DNA of 64,000 nucleotides from Eledone cirrhosa (GCA_964016885.1 OZ024748.1:56482001-56546000); one strand, 5' to 3'. Positions 34,993-50,982 are shown, numbered from the stretch's first letter. The notes: generated by a model not told the origin, from the sequence alone. Program-made: numbers and translations.

Positions 34993-35020
34993 TAAGATAT
35001 ATATATATATATATATAAAG

Positions 35021-35059
<39 letters not shown>

Positions 35060-35096
35060 GGGGGGGGGGGGGGGTGTGTGTGTGTGTGTGTGTGTA

Positions 35097-35285
35097 TGTA
35101 TTGAGGTAGAACACTGGGAGTTTATCTCCGAAGGAAGTAGTGCACTCAATCCATAGGACGAGTTCGGTATAATGTTAGTTCCACAACATATTAGGAAACC
35201 ATCTTGGAGGACACGTGTTTCACCTAAAGGGTTTTCAACTCGAGATTATAATCTGTTAGGTGAAACCTGTGTCCTCGGAGATGTA
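35097..35285 (-). mobile_element. Fold-back PLE-end element (different family)
   Basis: Inverted arms 35200-35227 and 35256-35283 contain GAAAC ACGU GUC; GGATTGAGTGC lies downstream. Confidence 0.65.
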
Positions 35286-35588
35286 TATATATAGCACTGA
35301 AACGAAGGCATGGGATAGGACCGAAATACTTTCAATCGTTTTCCCACTCCCTCAATGCTATAATGAAGTCAATATATTTATGACACCAACCAAAAGGACA
35401 GCATAGTGCACACTTATACGTGAAATGCGAAAAACGATTTCCTGTAGGAATAACTGGCTATCCGCAAAATACGTATAGTTAGCACCCCAGACGTATAATA
35501 GGGATTATACTATGGTATATCCTCATGTTTGTTGAGTGAGACGGAAGCCGGTCGGAGTATTGCTTAAAGCTTTCTCTGTTAATGTATT

Positions 35589-35698
<110 letters not shown>

Positions 35699-36647
35699 TC
35701 GGTGTCGGTTCGTTGATGTTACAAACATTTATATATATACGGGTAAATAGAGAAATAGAGATGAAGAAATATATGGAGAATGAGCGGCATTAGAAATATA
35801 TAAAGATTGAGCGAGATTAAGGAGTGAAACAGCTTTGACCATTGTATGTGTAGTCCAGCATCGAGGCAAATTTACTTTGTGACTATTTAGCTCTCTATTC
35901 ATCCCATCCTCCCTTCTTTCATTTCGTCTCATTTGTTTATAGCTTGTGGAAATATGAATATATCCTTATTTCAGTTAAGTCTTCCTTTTCTTCTTCTTCT
36001 TCTTCTTCTTCTTCTTGTACTTATTCTCATTGTTTGTGTTGCTGTTGTCGTTTTTCCTTTCCTTTTCTTCTTCTTCTTTCATCCCTTTCCTTCTCCTATT
36101 CTCAGACGATTCTCTAACACTAACTCTTCCCTACTATTCTACCCCACTCCCCATAGTGACCAGTTCCTTCCTATAACTCACACCAGAGGTCATACCAATC
36201 GGTTTCACACGGAAACACTTCATTTCTGTTCGTTTCACCAACAACATTAGATGATGGGATAATGGGAGATAGGGAGTGTTTCCAGCACAAGGTGCAAAGT
36301 CCCTTAGAAAGTCGACACATTAGATGAGCCTTCGATGACCCCGAAAAAGAGCAAAGGGCAGATCATAAATCAGGAATCACACATTGAAATATTTCTATTA
36401 CAGAAACCTGACTGCTGTAAATGTACTACTTCAATAGAAATTCTCATATTGGTCATTAAAGGATCAAAACCCCGAAGACTTAGAACAGGATTAGACAATA
36501 GTACTACAATAAATTATCAAATTGAATTATGACAAATAACAAGAATACTAAAGAAAATGATATTTCGTGAATTATACGTTGTGTATAAAAATATTTTACA
36601 TCGGATACCATGAATGAAAATAGGCAGAGAAATAAAAACACTTTTGT

Positions 36648-36810
36648 TATTGTTTAGTTCCCAGCTCAACCCTAATTTAGCAGACCTAAGATCAAACAGA
36701 TTCCACTTTTGACCACCGATTCCTTTTAGTGATATGTAGGACTACATCATAAAATATGGGTGTTCTCATTTAAGAGAGGAGTGTGTGATTTGCCTGCTAT
36801 TTCTAGTAGT
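36648..36810. mobile_element. Third interspersed repeat family
   Basis: ttgtttag...agacctaagatcaaa...attcca...tgctatttctag; related copies at ~40840-41035, ~43600-43748 (reverse) and ~49680-49833 (reverse). Confidence 0.45.
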
Positions 36811-36911
36811 TTATCTGGTACAATCACATACTGGAATTTAAGCGATTAAATTAAACTCACCATCGAACTCTGCAACTACAGACCCCGCCTCTCTCTCTCT
36901 GTCTCTCTCCG

Positions 36912-36943
<32 letters not shown>

Positions 36944-37599
36944 CATACATAGAACCATACATATAAATATCTAGTCTAGTTGATGAACCTTTTAGCTCTT
37001 ATTTTCAATCAATCGGTTTGCACACACACACACGTACATCATAGTATATGCTAGTATGTTTCTACGAACGAAGTAGTTATATTCCAGGAAACAACAAACC
37101 TATTGTAAAACCTTACATTGATTGTTGTAAAATGAAAAGAAAAAAAGAAATTCATATTGACTCTTTTCTGTTCACTCCACAAATGTATTCCAATGACTAT
37201 ATACTTCATTGAACAATTCACCTCCTGGAATACCAGACTAATCTAATGTGTATGATAATTAAGAAATGTATTGTGTACTTACAACGTAGATTATGATTCA
37301 AACGTAACATTCTGTAATGCAGTGATTGACATGAACTTCTTGTATAGAATCCTGTCTTCTTTAACATAATTTACATATCTTATGCTGTAGTTTAGGAATT
37401 ATGCATTTTCCGTCCAGAAAATTATATTGAGCGATACATGCACATTTAGAATCCGACCGGCTGTTGGCAACATTAACAAAACTACGGACAAAAATATGAA
37501 CTTTCCTCTCTATATATGTACGTAAAAACTAAAAAAACATTTTTCTCCATTTTATTATTATTCGTATAAATATGCAATTTAACTGCACTATACACTTCC

Positions 37600-37639
37600 G
37601 TCGTTGAAGAAGCAAATAAAGCTGAAACCGGTACACGAT
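37600..37639 (+). ncRNA. Hammerhead-like motif (variant core)
   Basis: UUGAAGA AGC aaauaaa GCU GAAA CCGG UA CACGAU; AATAAA ~25 nt downstream; stem I imperfect. Confidence 0.6.
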
Positions 37640-37813
37640 TAAATGCGGAAATCCCTACTTTATAAATAAATGTTTTCATGTTATACTGAAAAAATCCCTC
37701 TAACATTTGCTACTATATTTTTTCCCTTTTACTATTTGTTTATATATATATCAAGTCGTGTGTCACTTCTATACATTCCATATATATATGTGTGTGTGGA
37801 GAGAGAGAAAGTA

Positions 37814-37868
<55 letters not shown>

Positions 37869-37883
37869 CGACTACGACAACAA

Positions 37884-38576
37884 GCTACTAAAAATAGCAG
37901 CCGTTCAAACGACCAAATATTTCTCTAACGTAGGGGAGAATAAAATTAAAAGTATGTGTTCCTACATGTAAATAATACACATAGGGGTACAACTATTTTC
38001 CAACAGTATGCCAGTGTGGCTCAATGGCAAGCCAGAACGTATAAAATCAAGGTCAAGCTAATATAGAAAAATTTTTTAATAAATTTCAAAAAATTAACTA
38101 TACTTACTATATGTGCCTTTACCGCGGTTTCCGAACCCCAAATGAATAGATAATCCAAACGAATTTTCATTGAGAAAGGGATCATCGTCAGAAGGCTTTT
38201 CTCACTCGGAGGATATAAAATTCTCGAGTTCAAATCACAAACTGGCGCCAAAGAAAATAGTCCCCGAATGAGAGTGGGTGAGTGAGAGAAGAAACAATTC
38301 CGTCTGGTACTGTGTGCAAAGACAAAGGCTAGGTGGACAGGTCAATGTACTGCTACTAAAAATAGCAGCCGTTCAAACGACCAAAGGTTTCTCTACCGTA
38401 GGGGAGAATAAAAATAAAAGTATGTATTCCTACATGTAAATAATACACATAGGGGTACAAGTATTTTCCAAACCTATGTCAGTGTGGTTCAATGGCAAGT
38501 TAATAAATTAACAAGGCAGAACATATAAAATCAAGGTCAAACAAATAGAGAAAAAGTTTTAAAACAAATTTCAAAA
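37884..38576 (+). repeat. Direct repeat pair, ~210 bp, period 468
   Basis: 37884-38092 and 38352-38576 both begin gctactaaaaatagcagccgttcaaacgacc. Confidence 0.9.
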
Positions 38577-38621
38577 TGTTCAATGCATTTATCTGTATAT
38601 ATATATAAGTTAGATTACCGG

Positions 38622-38730
38622 TATAAAAGACACAGAAGCGAGAAGCGAAAAACCAACCAAACAGTGAGTGTGTTCTGTTATTAATTCTGGCAATATTAGA
38701 CAAATATGACCCTCCCCAAGTATAACAATA
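38622..38730 (+). mobile_element. PLE tail fragment (MTLPK family, subfamily B)
   Basis: Matches 8870-8960; ends in (TA)n. Confidence 0.75.
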
Positions 38731-38732
<2 letters not shown>

Positions 38733-38769
<37 letters not shown>

Positions 38770-38874
38770 TATATATATATCATATATATATATATCATAT
38801 ATATATCATATATATATATATATCATATATATATATATATATGTATATGCTATATATATATATATATATCATAC

Positions 38875-38907
<33 letters not shown>

Positions 38908-39718
38908 ATGATACTTATATATACGATATATATATATATATATATGATATATACATATATATGTTATATATATATATATACATGATATATATATATTTAT
39001 CAGATATATATTATATATATATATTATATATATATATACATGATATATATATAAATATATTAAATATATATACATGAATATATTATATATATATATATAT
39101 GATATATATATATGATATATACATATATATATATGATATATATATATATATATGATATATATATATGATATATACATATATATATATGATATATATATAT
39201 ATGATATATATATATATATATGATATATATATATATGATATATATATATATATGATATATATATATATGATATATATATATGATATATACATATATATAT
39301 GATATATATATATATATACGATATATATATATGATATATATATATATACATGAATATATTATATATATATATGATATATATATATACATAAATATATTAT
39401 ATATAATATATATATATGATATATACATATATATATATGATATATATATATATGATATATATATATATATGATATATATATATATATATGATATATATAT
39501 ATATGATATATATATATGATATACACATATATATATGATATATATATATATACGATATATATATGATATATACATATATATATGATATATATATACGATA
39601 TATATATGATATATACATATATATATATATAATATATATATATGATATATATATATATGATATATATATAATATATATTTATATATGATATACACATATA
39701 TATGATATATATATATAT

Positions 39719-39750
<32 letters not shown>

Positions 39751-40056
39751 ATATGATATATATATATATATTATATATATTATATATATCTATATGATAT
39801 CTGTACATATGATATATTTATATGATATATATAGAGATATGATAAACATATATATATATCATATATATATATATATCATAAATATATATATATATCATAT
39901 ATATATCATATATATATATCATATACATATATATGGTATATGTATATATGATATATTTAAATATATCATATATATTTATCATATATATTTATATTTATAT
40001 ATATATATACATATATACACATATATATATATATAGATATATTTATATATATATAT
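38733..40056. repeat. (TA)n array with TGA/TCA interruptions
   Basis: Direct reading. Confidence 0.97.
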
Positions 40057-40187
40057 AAGGAACGATCGATTTTTGTCAAATCGGACCGAGGGAACAATGT
40101 TTCCGTTGGTCTTTCCAATTGCTAATACTATCTATCGGTCGCAACTCCAGGTAGATATATATATAATATATATATATATAAATAATT

Positions 40188-40361
40188 GTTTCCACATTTG
40201 GCAAAAGGCCAGCAATTATCCAGTGCATTACTGGTACTTTATTTTATCGACCCCGTATGGATGAATGGTAAAGTTAACCTCGGCAGGATTTGATCTCAGA
40301 CCATAAACGGACATAACTATGCTGGAAAGCATGGCATCCGACGCTCTACCGATACTGCCAA
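40188..40361 (-). mobile_element. tRNA-derived SINE
   Basis: Close match to 6061-6241. Confidence 0.85.
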
Positions 40362-41922
40362 TATAAATAATGATACACTGCATTTCTTAAGATGAACATT
40401 TGTTGAAATTAATGCATGGAAAATTTCACAGCTCTAGTAACGTTACTTCATAGTCAGGCTATGAAGTTTTCAGCCTTCACACACATAAAAAATGTATTTG
40501 CCGAAAGTGAGGTATATCTGGTTAGGAATATGCTAATCATTCTATGACTGTAAATGTTAGAACCACGTCGATCTGGCTGAAGTCCTCTTACGATGGAAAA
40601 CTTTGTAACTGGGATCAATTTTTTTTCAAACACTTAGAACAGTTGGTTGCTTGATCAAGGAAGTTTCGGCTGGCATTTTTTGAGCCGTCTCTATCACGTT
40701 TTTATAAACGTGGAACCTATTTAGTATAACACTAGATAATAAGGGAAGAATGATGCCGACATCTTGACTGGGATTTAACAGCTGCAGTGCTAATTACTAA
40801 CTCTCTCATTAGGGTATTTACATCATTGTTGCTTTGATTGTTTTGTTATTTCACCCTAGGTTATACTTGATTAGGTAAACCTATGATGATCAAAAACATT
40901 CCTGGCATAACGATCTGTTCAGCGTCTCTCCTGTTATTTAAGACAGCATTATTCAATCAGTTATGCAACTTTTCATTGTCTAAGTGTATTATTAGTGAAA
41001 GGATATTTGACTATTCAATCTACAATGTTTTCCAGCCGCATAGCGTATCGTTCTTTTGCTAACATTAATAGATTTACAAACTACGGTTTGTAGGCGGTTA
41101 AATCAAGTTAGAGGAAATGGCGGAGCAGATACGAGGGTCGGCCGAATATTTAATAGGTTAACTGTGATGGATTTATGCTAAAGCTGTGAAATCTTACATA
41201 AATTAATATCAAATCTTCGCATTAATAAATGCGTAGCTTCTTTCCACGGACTATGTTGAAAAAATAAATTTAATTTCTTTATTCCATGAGAGTATCTTGG
41301 TCAGCCTATGAACTTCTCAGCCAACCCCAATAGAACGTCGCATATAATTATTTGTATATATCTGAACATTTTCTTAAAATCATACCAATGTTAATTTCGT
41401 CATTTCGAGGTAGATAACTAAATTAATATTTAAATACTGGGGTCGATATTTTTTTATGTTTCACGAATTACTCGTTTGTGTTCCGACCTGGTTAGAGATG
41501 GGCTCTGTGAGGTTTAAGTAGCCATGACACATCACATGTAACTACGGTATCTCTCAGATTGCATCAAGAGTTGTCGACCGATAGATATTATCTATATTAG
41601 AAAAGATATTCCGTTATGTAACTACCTCTAGAAGTTATACAGGTAAAAGGAAGAAAAAAATGCCAAATTTTGGCATTAAGTGAGATTTCTCTCCAACTGG
41701 TTTAGATTTGAAAGGATGAAATCATTTTAAGATGATATCAATCTACTAGATCGCAAGGAATATGTATAAAGCGTTCAAAGTGATTGATCCTTTTCATGTA
41801 TTCAATATTCGATTTCCTTTCTTGTTACTGATGAGAGTTTAACAAAGCTGATTGAGCAATAGCAGGATTAGAAACATGCAGAAGGTTCTGCTATCGAAAA
41901 ATCATAAGCGTATACATGAAAA

Positions 41923-41939
<17 letters not shown>

Positions 41940-42020
<81 letters not shown>

Positions 42021-42078
42021 TAAAACATGTCTTTTGAATCACTAGATAAAATATACGACTTTATGTATATGTAGACCT

Positions 42079-42124
<46 letters not shown>

Positions 42125-42372
42125 TATATATCATATATAATATATATATATATCATATATATGTATATATATATATATATATAAATATAATATATATATT
42201 TATCATATATAATATATATATATCATATATAATATATATATATATATATATCATATATAATATATATATATCATATATATCATATATAATATATATATAT
42301 CATATATATATATATATCATATATCATATATATATATATCATATATATATATCATATATCATATATATATAT

Positions 42373-42410
<38 letters not shown>

Positions 42411-42412
42411 GA

Positions 42413-42447
<35 letters not shown>

Positions 42448-42524
42448 CATATATATATAATATATATATATATATATTTATCATATATAATATATATATA
42501 TATATATATATTTATCATATATAT

Positions 42525-42585
<61 letters not shown>

Positions 42586-42707
42586 TATATGTACATATAT
42601 ATATATCATATATATGTATATATATATATCATATATATGTATATATATATATCATATATGTACATATATATATATCATATATATATATATATATCATATA
42701 TATATAT

Positions 42708-42760
<53 letters not shown>

Positions 42761-42890
42761 TATTTATATATATATATCATATATATATATATATATATAT
42801 ATGATATATATATATATGTGATATATATGATTACTATATATATATGATATATATATATTTGATAAATATATATAAATATATATATATATT
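41940..42890. repeat. (TA)n array with TCA interruptions
   Basis: Direct reading. Confidence 0.95.
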
Positions 42891-43779
42891 GAATGAGATG
42901 CAACCAGTGAAACTATTGCTACAACATTATGAAAATTTGTCTTTCCTGTGCCACGTTTGTCAAATACTTAAATATGTCTGTAAAGCATAGAAAAGAAAGA
43001 AATTGTTTTTCAGAGGTCAAACTTGAAACATAAACAGTCATATTAAACTCCGAGGCAGTAGAAACATTGGCTCATGAAATATTTTAATTTAGTGTCAGTT
43101 TAAATGTCTCAATGAACATCACGGAAAAATACGAAAACTGATAAAATATTTCGCAAGAGATTCAGACATTGCCTTCTTTCTCACATTCTAAGATATAGAC
43201 AGTGCTTGGAAAAAATATTTCTTAGTCAGCTGGGTCGTACTTGTGCTACTGCTCATATTAGTATGTATTTAAACATTCTTCATAACTTAGTATACTCTGT
43301 ATTAACAACAACTCTTTGCGATTTGCTCCAGCTTTTTGCGTTTTACGTTCTAGCGCCCAGCACCAAGATTAAGCCACTGTACTACTATTTCCACCGCCAA
43401 GCCAGCAAAACCTACACCACCAGCACTAGCATGATAATCACCCCCATTAGCAACACCTACAGCACCATCCCTAGTCATATCAGCAACTAAACTCTCCCGA
43501 TTAGCACAACCACATCCACGAACACGGAATGTAGTAACACAAACATCTCCAAAATATTTACTTTGACAAGCCAATAAAGGAGAGTTTAATAGTAGATTGC
43601 AGTGCTGGAAATAGCAACCAGATGTCTCTCAAATTACACAGTATCATAGATGAATCTTTGTGAGATGAAGTCTTAGATATAAAATGGCCGAAACGAAAGA
43701 GGGTCACATAAAGTTGGTGGATCATAGCCTGCCAAGATCTAAACAAAACTACATCGACTTTACTAAAACCATATCCAAC

Positions 43780-46700
43780 ATGAACACAACTACATAAAAA
43801 CTACCACCTATTACTCCCAATAACACTAATACTAACACTGTAGCCACCGCCACCACAAACCCCAACGCAACCACCACCACCACTACCAATAAAACTACTG
43901 CCAGCACCACTAACATCAGCATCACTATCACCACAACTTCGACTACCACCAGCAGCACTACTATCATCATCACCAACACCAACAATACCATGAACACCAC
44001 CACTAAAAAGTACACCACCATCCCAATCACCGACAGGAACATAATCACCACCGCCAACACCACCACTTCTACTATCACCCCTACAAACAAAATAAACACT
44101 TTCATCAACACCACTACCACTATCACTACCACCAACATCGTCACAATCATCGCCACCACCACTAGTATCACCTCACCCGATCATAAGCACCGGCATCGCA
44201 ACCATACCCACAACCATAACCACCACCACAACCATCACTACCAACACCACCACCACAAGCACCATCAACAACACCACCACGACCATTACCACCACCACAA
44301 CCATCACTACCAACACCACCACCACAAGCACCATCAACAACACCACCACAATCATTACCACCACGACAACCATCACCACATCACCACCACCACAAGCACC
44401 ATCAACAACACCACCACAACCACTACCACCACCACAACCATCACAACCATCACCACCACCACAAGCACCATCAACAACACCACCACAACCACTAGCACCA
44501 CCACAACCATCACCACCAACACCACCACCACAAGCACCATCAACAACACCACCACAACCATTACCACCACCACAACCATCACCACCAACACCACCACCAC
44601 AAGCACCATCAACAACACCACCACAACCACTACCACCACCACAACCATCACCACCACCACAAGCACCATCAACAACACCATCAACAACACCACCACGACC
44701 ATTACCACCACCACAACCATCACCACCAACACCACCACCACAAGCACCATCAACAACACCACCACAACCATTACCACCACCACAACCATCACCACCACCA
44801 CAAGCACCATCAACAACACCACCACAACCACTACCACCACCACAACCATCACCACCAACAGCCCCACCACAAGCACCATCAACAACACCATCAACAACAC
44901 CACCACAACCACTACCACCACCACAACCATCACCACCAACACCACCACCACAAGCACCATCAACAACACCATCAACAACACCACCACAACTACTACCACC
45001 ACCACAACCATCACCACCAACACCACCACCACAAGCACCATCAACAACACCACCACAACCACTACCACCACCAAAACCATCACCACCAACACCACCACCA
45101 CTAGCACCATCAACAACACCACCACAACCACTACCACAACCACCAACACCACCACCACAAGCACCATCAACAACACCACCACAACCACTACCACCACCAC
45201 AACCATCACCACCACCACAAACATTACCACCACCACAACACCACCACAACCACTACCACCACCACAACAATCACCACCAACACCACCACCACAAGCACCA
45301 TCAACAACACCACCACAACCACTACCACCACCACCAACACCACCACCACAAGCACCATCAACAACACCACCACAACCACTACCACCACCACAACCATCAC
45401 CACCACCACAAACATTACCACCACCACAACACCACCACAACCACTACCACCACCACAACCATCACCACCAACACCACCACCACAAGCACCATCAACAACA
45501 CCACCACAACCACTACCACCACCACAACCATCACCACCACCACAAACATTACCACCACCACAACACCACCACAACCACTACCACCACCACAACCATCACC
45601 ACCAACACCACCACCACAAGCACCATCAACAACACCACCACAACCACTACCACCACCACCAACACCACCACCACAAGCACCATCAACAACACCACCACAA
45701 CCACTACCACCACCACAACCATCACCTCCACCACAAACATTACCACCACCACAACAACCACAACCACCACAACCATCACCACCAACACCACCACCACAAA
45801 CATTACCACCACCACAACACCACTACAACCACTACCACCACCACCACCAACACCACCACCACAAACATTACCACCACTACAACCACTACCACCACCACAA
45901 CCATCACCACCAACACCACCACCACAAACATTACCACCACTACAACCACTACCACCACCACAACCATCACCACCAACACCACCACCACAAACATTACCAC
46001 CACTACAACCACTACCACCACCACAACCATCACCACCAACACCACCACCACAAACATTACCACCACTACAACCACTACCACCACCACAACCATCACCACC
46101 AACACCACCACCACAAACATTACCACCACTACAACCACTACCACCACCACAACCATCACCACCAACACCACCACCACAAACATTACCACCATTACAACCA
46201 CTACCACCACCACAACCATCACCACCAACACCACCACCACAAACATTACCACCACTACAACCACTACCACCACCACAACCATCACCACCAACACCACCAC
46301 CACAAGCACCATCAACAACACCACCACAAACACTACCACCACCACCAACACCACCACCACAAGCACCATCAACAACACCACCACAACCACTACCACCACC
46401 ACAACCATCACCACCACCACAAACATTACCACCACCACAACACCACCACAACCACTACCACCACCACAACCATCACCACCAACACCACCACCACAAGCAC
46501 CATCAACAACACCACCACAACCACTACCACCACCACAACCATCACCACCACCACAAACATTACCACCACCACAACACCACCACAACCACTACCACCACCA
46601 CAACCATCACCACCAACACCACCACCACAAGCACCATCAACAACACCACCACAACCACTACCACCACCACCAACACCACCACCACAAGCACCATCAACAA

Positions 46701-47865
46701 CACCACCACAACCACTACCACCACCACAACCATCACCTCCACCACAAACATTACCACCACCACAACAACCACAACCACCACAACCATCACCACCAACACC
46801 ACCACCACAAACATTACCACCACCACAACACCACTACAACCACTACCACCACCACCACCAACACCACCACCACAAACATTACCACCACTACAACCACTAC
46901 CACCACCACAACCATCACCACCAACACCACCACCACAAACATTACCACCACTACAACCACTACCACCACCACAACCATCACCACCAACACCACCACCACA
47001 AACATTACCACCACTACAACCACTACCACCACCACAACCATCACCACCAACACCACCACCACAAACATTACCACCACTACAACCACTACCACCACCACAA
47101 CCATCACCACCAACACCACCACCACAAACATTACCACCACTACAACCACTACCACCACCACAACCATCACCACCAACACCACCACCACAAACATTACCAC
47201 CACTACAACCACTACCACCACCACAACCATCACCACCAACACCACCACCACAAACATTACCACCACTACAACCACTACCACCACCACAACCATCACCACC
47301 ACACCACCACCACAAACATTACCACCACTACAACCACTACCACCACCACAACCATCACCACCAACACCACCACCACAAACATTACCACCACTACAACCAC
47401 TACCACCACCACAACCATCACCACCAACACCACCACCACAAACATTACCACCACTACAACCACTACCACCACCACAACCATCACCACCAACACCACCACC
47501 ACAAACATTACCACCACTACAACCACTACCACCACCACAACCATCACCACCAACACCACCACCACAAACATTACCACCACTACAACCACTACCACCACCA
47601 CAACCATCACCACCAACACCACCACCACAAACATTACCACCACTACAACCACTACCACCACCACAACCATCACCACCACACCACCACCACAAACATTACC
47701 ACCACTACAACCACTACCACCACCACAACCATCACCACCAACACCACCACCACAAACATTACCACCACTACAACCACTACCACCACCACAACCATCACCA
47801 CCACACCACCACCACAAACATTACCACCACTACCACCACAACCATCACCACCACCATCACCACCG
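43780..47865 (+). repeat. ACC-derived complex minisatellite (63-bp unit, ~1011-bp higher-order duplication)
   Basis: Unit accaccactacaaccactaccaccaccacaaccatcaccaccaacaccaccaccacaaacatt; identical ORF starts are offset by 1011 (45440/46451 and 45574/46585). Confidence 0.92.
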
Positions 47866-48009
47866 TCAACAAAATGGCATCAATCTCCAACAGCAATCCC
47901 TCAGCAGTTGTTGTCTGTGTGACAGACAAGGCCAATAGCAACGACACTGTTAGCAATAGTTATCTACAGAGATAACCGATAGACCCTCCTACTACAACCC
48001 AGTAGTAGC

Positions 48010-48076
<67 letters not shown>

Positions 48077-48205
48077 ATATGAGTGGTGGTGGCAGTAGTA
48101 GTAGTAGTAGTTTCATAAGTGCACACACGCATAGAATATATATTTATGTTTGTATGCAGGTATGTATGGATGTATATACGTATGTACTGGGATTATATAT
48201 ATATA

Positions 48206-48250
<45 letters not shown>

Positions 48251-48357
48251 TTATATATATGTATATATTTATGTATATATTTATGTATATATATCTCTCT
48301 CTCTATATATATATATAAATATATATACGATTTATATATGCAATATATATATACAAT

Positions 48358-48389
<32 letters not shown>

Positions 48390-48430
48390 GTATATAAGAA
48401 AGTGGCCTCTATAATTTTCGATGAAAGCAG

Positions 48431-48490
48431 GGGAGTGCGTGGCTCCGCTGAACGCCAACAAGCGTGAAACAGTCTGTCAGCTTCTCTCCC
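48431..48490 (+). ncRNA. Decayed hammerhead (two core substitutions)
   Basis: GGCU CCGCUGA ACGC caacaa GCGU GAAA CAGUCUG UC AGCU; GGGAG/CUCCC can extend stem I. Confidence 0.55.
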
Positions 48491-48577
48491 TTCTTTCGCC
48501 GAAAAGAAGTAAGTGGCATAGTCACTACTTTAAAACTGATAGCGTAAGGTCTTCGAAATATTTTCAATTAAACATAC

Positions 48578-48629
<52 letters not shown>

Positions 48630-48818
48630 GTAGATATATATAGACATATTTTTTTCATTACCACTAAAAGTATCTGACGGCTAGATCGATGCAAATCGAA
48701 CCTTGAGCTGATCAGCTCCGAAACGGGCGTCAGCAACCAATAAAACGAAATGAAGTTATAAATATATACACACACATATATATACACACAATATATATAT
48801 ATATATTTTCTTTATACA

Positions 48819-48889
<71 letters not shown>

Positions 48890-49124
48890 TAGAAATGGAA
48901 AATGAAAAATAACCGAGGTGTCCTACACGAGTGAAAGTATAAAGAAAAAAAGATGAAATCGAAAATGCAACTGGAGTCTTATTTTTTAAAAAATATATAT
49001 ATTTATTCGGTTCCTTTACCGGTTTCGCGGTTCTTCTGCTTTTCAAAAGGTGAGTTGAGATGGAGGGTCTGTGGTTTTTCTCACAGATGTGACAAACACC
49101 ACAGACCCTCCATCTCAATTCTAC
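48890..49124 (-). mobile_element. PLE-end element with terminal hairpin
   Basis: Inverted repeat 49052-49121 (gagttgagatggagggtctgtggt / accacagaccctccatctcaattc) directly 5' of the hammerhead-like motif. Confidence 0.6.
49013..49050 (-). ncRNA. Hammerhead-like motif (variant core)
   Basis: CCUU UUGAAAA GC agaagaacc GC GAAA CCGG UA AAGG, then AATAAA. Confidence 0.55.
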
Positions 49125-49155
49125 TTTATATATATATATACATATATCTATATAC

Positions 49156-49205
<50 letters not shown>

Positions 49206-49208
<3 letters not shown>

Positions 49209-49280
49209 CGAAAACCAACCAAACAGTGAGTGTGTTCTGTTATTAATTCTGGCAATATTACACAAATATGACCCTCCCCA
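49206..49280 (+). mobile_element. PLE tail fragment (MTLPK family, subfamily B)
   Basis: Matches 38642-38717; inside (TA)n. Confidence 0.75.
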
Positions 49281-49400
49281 CATATATATATATATATATA
49301 CATATATACATATATATATGTATATATATATATACATATATACATATATATGTATATATATATTTACATGTACATATATATATATGTGTATATATATATG

Positions 49401-49436
<36 letters not shown>

Positions 49437-49462
49437 ATGAGTTGACGGACCCACCATATTTA

Positions 49463-49514
<52 letters not shown>

Positions 49515-49552
49515 CAACTATACATATATACAATATATGTATATATATATAT

Positions 49553-49622
49553 TTCTTTAGAAATCATCATGATTTCTAAAGAATGAAACAGTTCTAGTCC
49601 TGTAGAATCTCATCTATATTAA

Positions 49623-49625
<3 letters not shown>
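49553..49625 (+). mobile_element. PLE-end fragment (same family as 34861) with 15-bp fold-back at the core
   Basis: ttctttagaaatcat c atgatttctaaagaa tGAAACAGttctagtcCTGTAgaa. Confidence 0.65.
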
Positions 49626-49658
<33 letters not shown>

Positions 49659-50065
49659 TGTATCGACAATAAGCGAGACTTTATTTGCTAAAAATACCAG
49701 TCAAATGTAATTAGAAAATTAAAGTAAATGTATTCCAGCACAAGCAGCGAGCGAGTGGAATAGTCAGGTGGTCATGCCTGGAACGTCTTTTATCATAGTG
49801 AAAAATCAGTCATTGCTTTCCTGGGGCTAAACAAGCTAATATTTTAATCGTTATGACACTACCACCACCCAAACACTCACTAGACTACCAGTAATAGCTT
49901 ATGTCCACTAAAACGTGTACCATGACCACAACAGCTACCACCCGTACTACATCAGCTACTACCAGAATATACCACTGTTACTATGTCACCATCACCCGCC
50001 GCAGTACCTCTACCAAAACACCCGCCTCCATCACCACACATACCATTATACATGACGTAATAATC

Positions 50066-50221
50066 GTTTCTACTTTTGGCACAAGGCCAGCAAATTATCC
50101 AGTGCATTACTGGTACTTTATTTTATCGACCCGTTAAGGATGAATGGCAAAGCTAACCTCGACGGGATTTGAACTCAGACCGTAAAGGGGCATAACTATG
50201 CTTGAAAGCATGGCGTCCGAC
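50066..50221 (-). mobile_element. tRNA-derived SINE
   Basis: Close match to 6061-6241 and 40188-40361. Confidence 0.85.
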
Positions 50222-50554
50222 CCTACACGTTAGCACCCTTACTTACAACCCCCCCCCCCACTACTACCATCAAACACTACTATAGCTACCTCTTCAGTAA
50301 TTGTCTACTACTAAATGTCCAGCTTCTAAAACTACAATCACCTACCTGTACTACCTACAATGAGTACTATCATCATCACTATCGTCAATCCCACCCCACC
50401 ATATACACCACCACCACCGCCACCCCTACCGATACTTGCGACACCACTATCACTATCAACACAACCACTACCATCTCCGTCAACATTAATAGCACCACCA
50501 CCAACACGACATCAACCACGACTATCACCATCACCACACGTCCACTACCACCGC

Positions 50555-50605
<51 letters not shown>

Positions 50606-50676
50606 GGTGGTAGTGGTGGTAGTAATAGTAGTAGTAGTAGTGGTAGTGGTAGTGGTAGTGGTGGTAGTGGTAGTAA

Positions 50677-50708
<32 letters not shown>

Positions 50709-50726
50709 ATAGTGGTGGTGGTAGTG

Positions 50727-50777
<51 letters not shown>

Positions 50778-50907
50778 ATGGTGGTAGTGGTAGTAATAGT
50801 AGTAGTAGTAGTAGTAGTAGTTATATTAGTAGTAGTAGTAGTAGTAGTAGCAGTAGTAGTAGTAGTGGTGGTAGTGGTAGTGGTAGTAATAGTAGTAGTA
50901 GTAGTAT

Positions 50908-50956
<49 letters not shown>

Positions 50957-50982
50957 GGTAATAATAGTAGTAGTAGTAGTAT

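Noticed and set aside
43657-43710. Hammerhead-like GAGAUGA...GAAAC...GUC
   Set aside because: Broken core and weak stems, inside a different repeat family; probably chance
43990-47922. 1310-aa Thr/Pro/His-rich mucin-like ORF
   Set aside because: The ACC satellite lacks stops by composition, the reading register flips between T-, P- and H-rich phases, and there is no signal peptide or domain
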